Of a DNA stretch of 52,764 nt, positions 22,701-33,563 are shown piece by piece. How positions within the stretch are numbered: the first letter of the stretch is position 1; the number at the start of each line of letters is the position of its first letter. The stretch is from Atractiella rhizophila. Taxonomy: Eukaryota. A program made the translations under genes and the position numbers. The stretch covers positions 1 to 52,764 of the forward strand of contig MU271496.1 of assembly GCA_021432655.1 (NCBI GenBank). The letters run 5' to 3'. A model generated the notes under the pieces. That model was given only the letters and a program-made list of their open reading frames with translations. It was not told the DNA's origin and made no database searches.

Positions 22701-23095
22701 ATAATATCTGCTTCAAGAAACTCAGCAGTTACTTGCTCTATAAACTCTCTGCCCGCTGGTGATGCTCTGTAGGGAGGCAAAGAGATAGGATGACTATCTC
22801 CTGTGTTGATAACGAAATTAGCATCTTGCATCTCTCCACAGAATAGAGAGCCATAAGTAAATGCTTTCCTATTGCGAATTATCATGCGTTGCACCGCTTT
22901 CCTTTGCTCAGATGTTAGCTCTGAGTTGATGTCAAGCTGCTTTAACGCCTCAAGAAAAACCTTCAAGTCTTCTTGTTGAGATAGTGTCTCATTAACACCA
23001 ACGTTTGCTTCAGCCTTTTTAGCTGGGATAATATCTCCTTGTATCTCTCCATGTTGAAAAGATAGATCGCTGCTTGAGAGGTTTATTGTTATCCT
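19709..23095 (-). mobile_element. Gypsy element B pol (RT, RNase H, integrase, chromodomain), 5'-truncated and degenerate
   Basis: YPLPRIDD, MPLGVKNGPAVFQ, YIDD (RT); TDVSTIGLG, TDHSAL (RNase H); HHCC zinc finger, SDRDPKF, HPQMDGQSER (integrase); GPF and EYEVNKIL...YLVDWKGY (chromodomain); stops and frameshifts. Confidence 0.96.
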
Positions 23096-23667
23096 TTTGA
23101 GAAAACGTGAGGGACACCCACAAACGCCCGGCATGAGGATAGGCTTTCAAATGAACATGCCTCTCCTTCATAGAAATATTGGCATTCAAATAAGGGACTG
23201 AAACAGTCTTCAAGAGCTGACAGAAAGCAGAAAGCTGCTGGAAGCAAACGAGATGTTCATCAGGCACATCTTCAATGAATCCTTCGCCTTGACTGAGTGA
23301 AAGGAAGTTGCAGATGAGAGAGAGGATCTCGGCGGGTAGCTGTTCAATAGGGCATGGACCAATCGCTAGAGTTCGAGTTGGGGAGAGCGAACGTTGGATG
23401 GTGATTCCTTGATCGGTGGATGGAATGGTTGTTCCTGTCTATATGGGAACGGAACAATCAATGTCTCCGGAGGTTTCGAAGATGGCCTGAGATGCATCAT
23501 GTGGGAGGTAAACCATGCACGTTAAGTGGTCATCCCATACATCATGTTTGGCACCTTCAAAAGTTACTGGAATCCTTTCCTCCTCCAAAGTGATGCAAAG
23601 GTTTACTGCACCGTCGGCTTCAACTTCATTTTCAAGGCCTTCCAGAGAAAATAGGATGATTTCAATA
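23095..23667 (-). pseudogene. Inverted, more diverged N-terminal fragment of the F-box/LRR family
   Basis: FSLEGLENEVEADGAVNLCITLEEE...IEQLPAEILSLICNFL...QQLSAFCQLLKTVSVPYL...MKERHVHLKAYPHAG; one in-frame stop; truncated at both ends. Confidence 0.85.
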
Positions 23668-24049
23668 CATTGTAAAGGTAAGGTCCCCAATGTCAATCAT
23701 TTGTAATGAGAAAACAGCTATTATAATTTTAATGTTGAGAGCAAGAATGTTCACAAGAGCTCAGTAATTTAAATGTCATCAGATTATAAGAAACAAGTAT
23801 AGTGCCCTCGTCCCTCTGGCATCACCCCCGCTAGGGGCTTTGCCACTCTAGCCTCTAGCAGCCATTGTGTGGCGCGTCACCTTTGGCAAGCACAGACTCA
23901 CAATATCTACATAGGTTTTAGTATGAACCTATATAGTTTCATTGTAGGTCTATATGTATCCGATTATGAAAATTCAAACCTACTCTGTATACTATTTCCT
24001 ATCCTCGTATTCTCTATCCCTTGTACTTATTGTATATAAACTCGAAGAT

Positions 24050-27000
24050 TCTTAGTGTTCGAAATTCTAGCAAGTCCTATGTAAAGTTGTCCATGTGTAA
24101 AAACTGGTGTGTCCAAATACAATCCAACAGTCTTCACTGACTGGTCTTGTGACTTGTTGATGGTGAGACAGAAAGCTAATTTGACAGGGACCGGCGTAAG
24201 GTAAACCGGAATGAATTGGAGACCTTGCTATCCAATGTGATGCACAGGATGAGGACTGAGCTGCCTGTGAATTTGCTTGTAATGAGGGTAGCCTCAATGA
24301 TATGGGGACACTAGCTGGGTGATGATCAACCATGTACCATTACAGAGCCTAGCCAAAGGATTGAGGTTTCATGTTAGGATGATAGGGACTCCAACTTTGA
24401 GATGAAGATGATGAAGAGGGAAACTGATCATATTGAGAGTATGAAGAGAGAAATGTCAGGCTTGCCCCTACGCATTACCGAAATGCACCATCTGAAGTCA
24501 CGTGACCCACTTTACCATGCCATAGGACCACGCGCCTGCCCATCGCCGCTTTGCTCACGTTCTCGCTGATCGCCGCCTTCCCCTGTCTCACACGAATCGC
24601 CGCTCAGCAAACCTTATACATTTCGCCGGTCTGCACCGTCTCCATTATTGCTTTATTGTCCTTTCTCACTTGTACTGCTCAGTATGTCTTATTTCCGAGT
24701 TTTCCTTTTATTGCTTTCCTGATCTAGCTATCTTACATGTTTCAAGAAACTTATGATACAGTTTATGGCAGTGCTTTTACATATGTATATATACATCGAG
24801 ATGTAGTGGTGGTGACCTCAGAGTATTCTCTTAGGTTTACCTCCACTACAGACGCATCGCCTATCGGCGACCGCACATAGTGTTAGCCCTAACAAGAAAC
24901 CGATCATATTGAGAGTATTAAGGTATTCAACTGTGAAGCCTTGTTGAATGTTCTCACTGTTGCCCATCAATTGGTCAGCATTAAGGTAGATTTGTTCCTG
25001 TCAGGAGACAAATTGTCAAATAAGCTGATTGTTTATCATGTCAACATCAACATCCAGGCCATAAGGACCATGCGCTCTTGACAGTATCCTCAACTCGACT
25101 GGGTTGACATCTTGCGTTACGGTGCTCAGTGCAGGGGAGATGTCAGTCAGGAGACTGTCCAGATCATGGGATCGCCAGACTACTGTTTGGTCCTTCATAG
25201 TCAATGGGCCATGGCCACAGTCTTCCGGGTTGTCAGTTGCACCATTACCAACTGACAACAACTATTCAGCAAAGCCAGAGATAATAACAAAGTCTTGGCT
25301 AGTCATTTCAGCCTGATGGAGGAGTAGGTACATATTCACTATAAGAGGGAGGACTCAAACTGCTAGCCAAAGGGACTGTTGATGACACATGCGTTGACGA
25401 TCTGCGCACATGAAGTTTGGGAATGACTGAGAGGCATTGTCACATGTCACCTAATTATTTATTAGACATGAACTCTTGACTTAATGTACTTACCACTAAG
25501 AACGAAAATAACTCCACCGAAGGCATGTATATCACATACCTGCAAGACAATGCTAAGTGGAAATCCTGAGAGAACAAACTAGGTGTCTCAGGGACATTGC
25601 TCTTGCCTATGTACATAAACGGCTGCACAGCTACAAACAATAACTCTAACCCTATCTGAGATATGGCACAAAGGTCATGTGATATGTAGGGCAAAAGAGA
25701 TGTAGAAACAGAAATGCAAAAAGCAACACAAACATGAATTGAACCCACAATACCAAATAGGCCAAAAAATAGGGGATCTAGAGGTGATCCTGACACACCA
25801 TCGATGACTCATTCCCACTTCGTCCCAATTCTCAATTGACAAAGTCGACCATGATCACTTTGAGTTGTAACACCATAGACAGAATCAGCATCAATGTCCA
25901 ATGGGATACAGAAACAAGTATAGGACGTTTGTCCTCCTTCTAACAGAACATCAGCAATACCGGAAGAGCTCACTCCCAGTGCAATTTTCCCCACTGAATA
26001 CACTCTGGCGAGCAATAGGTCTTTTAATAAAAGTCTTTCCAATCCCTCCTGGCCCATCTATAAAAAATAATCCACTATTTGCATTTTGCCATGCTTCTAC
26101 AACCATGTCATCGGCATGATTTGGTCCAGATTCAATAATGGTAACTCTGTCTGAATATGTGCCTGAAGGAGTAGTTGATTATACAAGTTCTTCTCCAATA
26201 ATCTTTGTCTCACCTCCCATCTTTCTAGTCACTCTGCTGGTTATGGTAGTCCAAAGTCACTTTGGGATTTACCCTGAGCCTGGAGGAGATCTTCAGTTCA
26301 AGACCACAGAGGCTGATAATTTGCTTGTCCGTTGGATTGTCTACACCATATTTTGTCTGTAGAAGGTGTTTGCAATCATTACTAAGTTGCTCATAATGGC
26401 TGTTCCATAATCTTCTGGGTTCGCTGGTGAAGCCGAATAGCAGGATGTAGACAAACAGAGATTGCATCGTAAAAGCCATTCTTGACCATACTGGCTTCAT
26501 TGAGACAATAATCCCATTCTTCGTCACTTTCTAACAGCCAAAGAGCCACACATGTAACCTTGAAAGTCTCTTAGACAAAGGTCTCTACTGTTCGGATATC
26601 CTCAAAAGATTTCGTATTGGCGACCTGATGGAGAAGCATTCGGAGATATAACTTCCCTTGTGACAGCACCACATAATAGATACAGCCAATAGCTTCTCAT
26701 GTCTCCCTGATTTTCCAAGTAAGTGAGCCTGATTCCAGGTAGGGAATTGAGGAGCCTTAGGAGAGGTAAGGTCTTCAGTAATGTTGGAGTTCCCAACAGT
26801 AGGTGAAGAATTGTATCAAATAAGCACTGCCTTAAATGTCAGATGAACATCTCCTATCCAGTTCTTGAGGGAAAAAATGCTGGCCCCTCAACATTTGGAG
26901 GACGGAGAGCTTGATAAAGCAATGTATGAACTTGTCCAGGGTCTGGAAATAATTGGTCATGAAAACAAGGAACTGGAAACTGAGAACTGAATGGAACTCA

Positions 27001-27080
27001 AATTAGTTTGTCGATGTCTTAATGCAGCATAATGGTGTCAGAGGTTCCAGCAGATTTTTTGTGAAGCCCCATCATTTCAG
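24050..27080 (-). mobile_element. Helitron RepHel remnant (Pif1-like helicase region), heavily mutated
   Basis: Broken frames give FFIDGPGGIGKTF (Walker A), GKIALGVSSSGIA..LL.GGQT, KVGVPIIL...LCNGTWLII, and [36 protein letters not shown]; ends approximate. Confidence 0.85.
24454..24894 (+). mobile_element. Solo LTR of family A with TSD, inserted in the Helitron remnant
   Basis: TGTCAGG...CCCTAACA, near-identical to the LTR at 51638; 5-bp TSD AGAAA at 24449-24453 and 24895-24899. Confidence 0.95.
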
Positions 27081-28381
27081 CCATCATCCTATTCTTATTT
27101 TTAAATAATTAGATAAATTATACCACTGTTATTTATATAAAGCTTTTTCACTGAACTCTGATTTCTTAGCTTTATTTGCCAAGCCTGGCTCCTCACTCAA
27201 TCCAAAGGATACTGTAAAATGATAAGTCTAAAGATTCTAATAGAGGCAAGAATAGACAATAGCGTTATAATAGAAGTAGAATTAATAGCTGTTATCTATT
27301 CTTCTAAGATTCATCAGTTCTTGGCATGAGTCATAAAATACACTTTTGAGTGTTCATACCTCCCACAACAGATGAACTGAATTACACCATCTTATTGCAT
27401 ATGCTTGCACGTTTCTGAATCTGCAAGGAAATTTTATTCTGCAGAGGTCAAAAAATATGTTTCATAGTGGACTTGAACCCTTACAAGGGTCACAGTAAGG
27501 TTCAAGGGGCCATGCCCTTGCAAGTGGGTTGGGGGGCCTAAGGATTGAAGGCCGATGACATACTTGTATCCCCTAAACAGGTGGTAAAGGATTGAGGCAA
27601 ATAACTGGGACTAGGATCCTATCAGGATGGCTGCAGACCAACAGCTAACCAACTGAACTAAAAGAGCTAATGATGGGTGTTTACACCCATCTTGGTCTGT
27701 ACTTAAGGTATATCAGGGGCTCGAACCCTGACAGATCCTTCCTATCACACTGGAAATGTCTCTATAAGCTACTCAGTTCGACAATGTGTTATGTGGTGTG
27801 AGAAGTGAATAGTGAATGAGCTATGGCTTGTTACATCCAGTGTTATGCCAGGAGATGCTATGTCCAATATGTAAAAGGTGTAGCAATGACTTGATCAGAT
27901 ATCATTGTTTGTGCCCAACATAAGTCCAGCCTCTACTTGCCTTGGACAGTAGTATCAACAATTGGCATTAACTTTAAAACAATGTATCAATGTCATTTAT
28001 CTTACAATGGCCAACGCTCGGATCAGGATTTTCACAGATGATATGGTGAGAACATTTGGGGTTAGGCAAGTTCTTTCTAGTTCTGCCTCATATATATCTG
28101 CTGGTCCTGGCTTGACAGAGAGAATGATTGGCTTGTTTAAATGGACAGACATGAAAACTCAGACTCAACGCCCACAAAAGATGGTTTAATATCTTGCTCC
28201 TTAAGCGACAAATCCATGACCATTTCAACTGATGTTTTGCTATTTCAGAGCACTGCAACCTGCTTCCACCTGAAAGGATTTCTCCAGTATTTATTGCAGG
28301 CTACTCCTGCAATAGAAGGTCAGTTTTTATCAGACTGTGGGACCAAGTATCCTGAAAATTCGAACCAGTTTCTGATCCTTT

Positions 28382-31300
28382 TCAAGAATATACAACTTGC
28401 CTCACTGTCAATGCCTCTTGTGGAGGAGTTACATTTTCTTCCCTTACATTCGCTGCCCATCTGATTGCCTCCAGCAAATTGTCACAAGCGTCAAGATCTG
28501 AATCTGCACAGAATGGTGCATAAAGCTGGCGTGCACACATGATTTCTTCCCTGGCATCAGAGTACTTTGACAGGTTGAAGAGGAGTAGGGCCAATGTCTC
28601 TCTGCTGCGAGCTTCGTAGTACCCGCCAACTGTCTTACTCAATTTGACCATTTCCTCATAAACTTCAATCGCCTTCGTGAACTGGCGGTCTTGAACATGA
28701 AAGGAACCTATTTTGGCAAGGCACATGAGTTGACCTCCCATGTCTTCCACGACCAAACAGCGCTCTTTCGCTTCTTCTAATTGTTTCATTGCTTCATTGT
28801 TCCACTCGTCACGTTGGATCTCTCCCATGCCGCAAATGCAATGTGCCAGGCCTTTTTGATCTTCCACCATCAGATACAGCTTCTTTGCCTCCTCAAATCG
28901 GCTTAGTGCTTTTTCTACCCGCCCACGACGCAACTCGATCTCCCCCATGCCGCAAATGCAGTGAGCCTGGCCCCGTTGGTCTTTCACTACCAGATACAGC
29001 CACTTCGCCTCCTCGAAGTGTTTCAGTGCTTCCTCTATCCTATTGCGACTCTGTTTGATCTGCCCCATGCTGTGAATGCAGTGGGCCAGGCCACGCAGAT
29101 CTTCCTCCAGAACATAGAAGTGTCTTGCCTTCTCGAATTGTTTCAAGGCTTCCTCATTCCTCCCATGAAGCCGCTCGATCTCCCCCATCAGGAAACTGCA
29201 GTGGGCCAGGTCTCGCTGATCTTCCACAAGAACATATAGCACCTTCGCCTCCCGGAATAGCTTCATTGCCTCTTTGTTCCGCCCGCGACTGAGCTCGATC
29301 TGTCCCATGCTGCGAATGCAGTGGGCCAGCCCTCGCTGATCTTCCATAATCAGATACAGCTTCTTTGCCTCTTCAAATAGTTTCAGTGCTTCTTTGTTCC
29401 GCCCACGACCCCGCTCAATCTCTCCCATGCTGTGATTGCAGTGTGCCAGACCTCGCTGATCCTCCACCAGCAGATAAAGCTTCTTCGCCTCCTCCAATCG
29501 TTTCAGCGCCGCCCCGTTCTGCCCACCGCCTTGGTCAATCTCTCCGATACCACGAATGCAGTGAGCCAAGCCTTGCTGATCTTTCACCATCATATACAAC
29601 TTCTTTGCCTCTTCAAATCGTTTCAATGCTTCCTCTATCCTCCCGCGACCGAGCTCATTCTGCCCTATGCTCAGGATGCAGCGGGCCTGGCCTCGCTGAT
29701 CTTCTGTGAGCAGATATAGCTGTTTTGCTTCCTCAAAGTGCATCACGGCCCTCCGTGGGTTTCCCTTCTGGTGGAAAGCTAACCCAAGAGCCAGCGTTAA
29801 AGTGGCTGCAATTGGTGGAAATGAAATAGATCCTTTGGAAGACAAAGCAGACCGGATCAATGCTATTGAGAGAAGACTTTGAAGATACAGAAAGTTCCAC
29901 GTTTCTGCTAGGAAAATGAAGGCGATTGTTGTGTCTTCCAGGTATTGAAAAGCAGCTAGAAGCACATATTCAAGATTTCGATAGTTATTGCGAAATGAGA
30001 TCAGTCCAATCCGCTCTCCTCTATCTTGGAATCGACGAACATTTTTACGGGCCTTCTGAATGAGACCTTCGGTCAATGGCCGAAGGGACAAAGCGGCAAC
30101 TTTAAAATGTGTATCACGGCGCAAGACCAAGCAATTGATATGTTCGCGAATTGGTGCAAGCATGCGCAATCGTGTGGAGTTTGTAAGAGCATCCATGACA
30201 TCTTCAGCAAGCCCAACGGCTAAGATTGAGGTGATGAGTACGGAAGACTGTCTTGGTTGATAGGGACAAGAGTTATCCCCCAGAGTTATAACGTCGTTAG
30301 CACCAAGACCGTCAGGAGCCCACGATAGGAGGGCAAGGATAAAAGCGCTAAGATCAGCATGTTTTCTGAGAAGAGGTGAATCAAGTGAAAATGATATCGA
30401 GGTCGCAAGAGTGCGTGTCTCGTCACTGTCTTCGTTCCACAGAAGGCTGGTCTTCTTTGTCTCCCACTCCTCAACCAAAACTGCAAGCCGCTTAGTTGAC
30501 TCTGCATTGGCACGAAGAATAAACAGTTTGATGGACAAGGCATGGTGATCCAGCTTGGTAGCTATCATTTTCACCACCTTCTCTTGGTCTGAGCAATCTC
30601 TTCCTCCAGCAATGTACATATTCCCGAACATCTCGACCACGGCAACATCGCTCAAACGTTGAATCATTAGGTCTTGAAATCTCACGCCTGTCGAATTCAC
30701 ACGTTCGACCTGATGCCCACGATGTACTGCGACAAGGATGGAGCCAGAGCGGCAATTTTTGGAAAGGAGGGATTGAAAAAATGGCTGCAGCTTATTCGTG
30801 TCCGATCGTGCGGGCGTCTCAAAATTATCCAAGATGAGGAGGCACTTGTGAGTTCTGAAATATCGTCCTATGACTATAAGGTCATCTTCTCCAGGTTGAG
30901 GAGACAATCCAAAAACTTCCTTGCAAAGGTAGGCGCAGAGCGATGAGAAGTCGGAGAAAGCGTCACATCGACCCCAAAAACGAAAGTCTTCTTCCTTTTC
31001 ACCTTTCACAGTCGTGAATTCTCTCTTGATTTCGTCTGCATGCAGGACTTCTAGTGCGACCGTAGATTTGCCGTTACCAGCGCCGCCGATGATGGCAAGG
31101 TGCCTCTGATCGGTGATGATGGAGTGGATCGCTTTCTGAACCTCCTCTTCTCTTCCATAACAAGCGCCGGGAGGAGGTAGTGGACTCTTCATGTACACTG
31201 CAACACGGTCGTTGCAAGCTGACAAGCAGAAAGTGAGCAGGCAATCACAAATGACCAGGAATATACGTTTCACCAATGATTGGGCAGCAGGGAGTACTTC

Positions 31301-32602
31301 ATAACTCATGGCATCCATGTAAGCCTTCGTGCACCCCACAACATCATTCTTTCGTTCCCATTCCTCCCATTTGAAATCTCCCAATGTACCAACTGAGAAA
31401 CGATGGTAGCAGTGCACCATCTGACGCTGTTGCATTGTCATCTTCATCTCACTCGAAACCTTCGAGCAATCCGCACCGATCGTTTTCAACGCTCGCAGGA
31501 CGTCATCTCGCGTGTGGCCCAAGTTGACAGCAGGCGCAATCCCAGAGCCAAGGGACACGATGCAGGCAATCTCACAGCGGTGCCCCCAAATCCGCTTCGC
31601 CTCTTCAACAGCCATTGCTGTAGGGTTGTGACAACCCACCGAAACGTAGTCGGTGGAGTCGATATTGATGGGAGGGAAGAAGAGAGGAGCAGCAGCAGTG
31701 GCCCTTGCAGCTTCCAAGACCGTGTAAGTGGAGGCAGGTATGAACGGAGAGGATCCAGCACCACGAATATCGTAGGTGCGCATCGTGGTGGAAACGACAA
31801 CGTTGGACCCGTACGTCGAAACTACGAATGTTCTGCATCTGTCATTGATGGAACCATCTTTCATGAGAAGTGATTTCGCAGGATTTTGAGAAGAATCCGT
31901 ATGCTGCTGGATGATAGCTATCAAGGTTTCTTCCAGCTTCTCCGCCGAGTAAGCGTACTCGTCGCTGGAGCTTGAGACGTTGTTTAGAAATACGTTCTCT
32001 ATAACATCTTCGAAAGCCGCAATACTTTGGCGGACAGTCATTCCCAGTCTCCCGAGCATAAGAGCGATCCATCCGCCGGTAGAACTCCCGCAAATTAGAT
32101 CAAAAATATCGCAAGGACGAAGATCTTCGTCTTCTGGCACGTTGAGAAGATTCTTGGCTTGAAGCATGATCTGCTCGAGCATGTATGGAGCGGAAATGGA
32201 GCGAATGCCTCCATTATCGATACAAAGGATCCGCAATCCTAGCGGGTTTACTTTCTTGATATTCTCGGAAACTTTGAAAATCTTGATAGTTTGAATACAG
32301 GAAGGAAGACAGGGGGGAAGGGGGGATGAGAACGCTGTTCGAGTGACAGCTCTGGAACAAATGGGGGTTGCGGTATTTGAGAGGGTGCGAAATTGTAGAG
32401 CCAGAGTTGCCGCTTGGACAAGGAATGGACTGGGTTGAGAGTACAGCCGCAATACTGAAAGATCTTGAACTGCTACGTGTTCAACAGAAGGAGGATTTTG
32501 TCGCCAATTGACACTGACGGCACGGTCAAGCTTAGACAAATTATCGCGGTCATCTTGATCGTCAGAATTTGATGGAGACGCCGTGCACGCCTTGGTAGCC
32601 AT
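28382..32602 (-). CDS. Fungal NLR-like protein: patatin-like phospholipase domain, STAND (NB-ARC-like) NTPase, TPR array
   Basis: 1406-aa ORF; patatin LRILCIDNGGIR, DLICGSSTGG, RATAAAPLFF, SLGSG; Walker A GGAGNGKS, Walker B LLILDNFE; 40-aa TPR repeats; probable in-frame 48-nt intron at 31266-31219. Confidence 0.93.
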   Translation of the reverse strand: MATKACTASPSNSDDQDDRDNLSKLDRAVSVNWRQNPPSVEHVAVQDLSVLRLYSQPSPFLVQAATLALQFRTLSNTATPICSRAVTRTAFSSPLPPCLPSCIQTIKIFKVSENIKKVNPLGLRILCIDNGGIRSISAPYMLEQIMLQAKNLLNVPEDEDLRPCDIFDLICGSSTGGWIALMLGRLGMTVRQSIAAFEDVIENVFLNNVSSSSDEYAYSAEKLEETLIAIIQQHTDSSQNPAKSLLMKDGSINDRCRTFVVSTYGSNVVVSTTMRTYDIRGAGSSPFIPASTYTVLEAARATAAAPLFFPPINIDSTDYVSVGCHNPTAMAVEEAKRIWGHRCEIACIVSLGSGIAPAVNLGHTRDDVLRALKTIGADCSKVSSEMKMTMQQRQMVHCYHRFSVGTLGDFKWEEWERKNDVVGCTKAYMDAMSYEVLPAAQSLVKRIFLVICDCLLTFCLSACNDRVAVYMKSPLPPPGACYGREEEVQKAIHSIITDQRHLAIIGGAGNGKSTVALEVLHADEIKREFTTVKGEKEEDFRFWGRCDAFSDFSSLCAYLCKEVFGLSPQPGEDDLIVIGRYFRTHKCLLILDNFETPARSDTNKLQPFFQSLLSKNCRSGSILVAVHRGHQVERVNSTGVRFQDLMIQRLSDVAVVEMFGNMYIAGGRDCSDQEKVVKMIATKLDHHALSIKLFILRANAESTKRLAVLVEEWETKKTSLLWNEDSDETRTLATSISFSLDSPLLRKHADLSAFILALLSWAPDGLGANDVITLGDNSCPYQPRQSSVLITSILAVGLAEDVMDALTNSTRLRMLAPIREHINCLVLRRDTHFKVAALSLRPLTEGLIQKARKNVRRFQDRGERIGLISFRNNYRNLEYVLLAAFQYLEDTTIAFIFLAETWNFLYLQSLLSIALIRSALSSKGSISFPPIAATLTLALGLAFHQKGNPRRAVMHFEEAKQLYLLTEDQRGQARCILSIGQNELGRGRIEEALKRFEEAKKLYMMVKDQQGLAHCIRGIGEIDQGGGQNGAALKRLEEAKKLYLLVEDQRGLAHCNHSMGEIERGRGRNKEALKLFEEAKKLYLIMEDQRGLAHCIRSMGQIELSRGRNKEAMKLFREAKVLYVLVEDQRDLAHCSFLMGEIERLHGRNEEALKQFEKARHFYVLEEDLRGLAHCIHSMGQIKQSRNRIEEALKHFEEAKWLYLVVKDQRGQAHCICGMGEIELRRGRVEKALSRFEEAKKLYLMVEDQKGLAHCICGMGEIQRDEWNNEAMKQLEEAKERCLVVEDMGGQLMCLAKIGSFHVQDRQFTKAIEVYEEMVKLSKTVGGYYEARSRETLALLLFNLSKYSDAREEIMCARQLYAPFCADSDLDACDNLLEAIRWAANVREENVTPPQEALTVRQVVYS
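28745..29701 (-). repeat. Eight high-similarity 120-nt (40-aa) TPR repeats within the NLR
   Basis: DQRGLAHC..SMGEI....GR.EEALK.FEEAKKLYL.VE repeated at exact 120-nt spacing (29701, 29581 ... 28861). Confidence 0.93.
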
Positions 32603-32818
32603 TGCCTAAAGCAAAAGATAGTAGATGAAATCGATGTTCAGTGGACGCGAAGGACACCGAAGTAATGTAGGTCAGAAATCTGGGTTAGTTATAACAAGTA
32701 GGAAAGAAGGGAAGAATCACAGTCCCGAACCCGCCTATTATTATTCCTTCGCGACGGAACTGTTCCGTCTGTGAGAGCATGAGCTCTCTGGTTCACTCGG
32801 TCCCCTTCCATTCTACAC

Positions 32819-32936
32819 TTAGGGTTAGGGTTATGCTCTGGTTCCACAGCGATTTGACCACCATCGGCTGTGGACCAGGTAGGGAGTTCATTGCATTGTA
32901 GAGAGCGATTTGGCCACCATCCGCTGTGGACCAGGT
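32819..32936. repeat. (TTAGGG)2 followed by an imperfect hairpin and a 32-bp direct repeat
   Basis: TTAGGGTTAGGGTTA 32819-32833; CTGGTTCCACAGCGAT / ATCGGCTGTGGACCAG inverted pair; 32849-32880 repeated at 32905-32936. Confidence 0.7.
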
Positions 32937-33563
32937 CCAGCGCACACCGTCAGTCAAATTTGGCTGGGAAACGGAGTGAGGGTCAGGCACACGGTGTCCT
33001 GTCCCCAGAACCAGCGCTCCCACCATCACATCCATAATACTAAAATTCTAAGATCAGCAGCACCTTGGCCTCCATCTCGACTCATAACTCTGCTGAATCC
33101 GGATTCTGAATCAAAGCGGCTCAAGCTGAATTCAGAGGAAAAGTTGTACCAACCCTTGGGCAGTTATAAATCACATGATTGAGCTAGGTCCCCTACAACT
33201 TGAAAATGTGAACCCTGCGATAGGAAATCAGTTGTTTGTATTGTAAAGCATCGGGCCTCACCAATATGCAACTGTGCGTTCTCAGCATGATTTGCCTCCT
33301 CCCACCTCTATCCTGATTTGATACTTGCCTCTGCCCATGAGCTAAGTCCTCCCTTATCTGGTGATGAACGAAATTGATGTTCCTGCCAGCATCTGCATTC
33401 ACAATCCAGGGCTTAGCTCTGGGTAACAGATTGTGAGTTGATGCCTCCCTTATCCGGTAATAAAAGCTCTCTTTTTAATATCCTCCTCCTCCCCTCTAAT
33501 GCTTTCACCTTCCAGCTATCACTTGAATCTGATTCTCTCTACAATTGCCTCAGATGCCACAAC

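Noticed and set aside
23790..23880. GC-rich hairpins and CTAG as the Helitron 3' terminus
   Set aside because: Several alternative weak hairpins; no unambiguous CTRR end with an A/T target site
27465..27560. Imperfect hairpin CTTGAACCCTTA...TAAGGTTCAAG as a transposon end
   Set aside because: No partner terminus or TSD found
28444..32162. Many short plus-strand and alternate-frame ORFs over the NLR
   Set aside because: Shadow ORFs of the long coding sequence and its repeats
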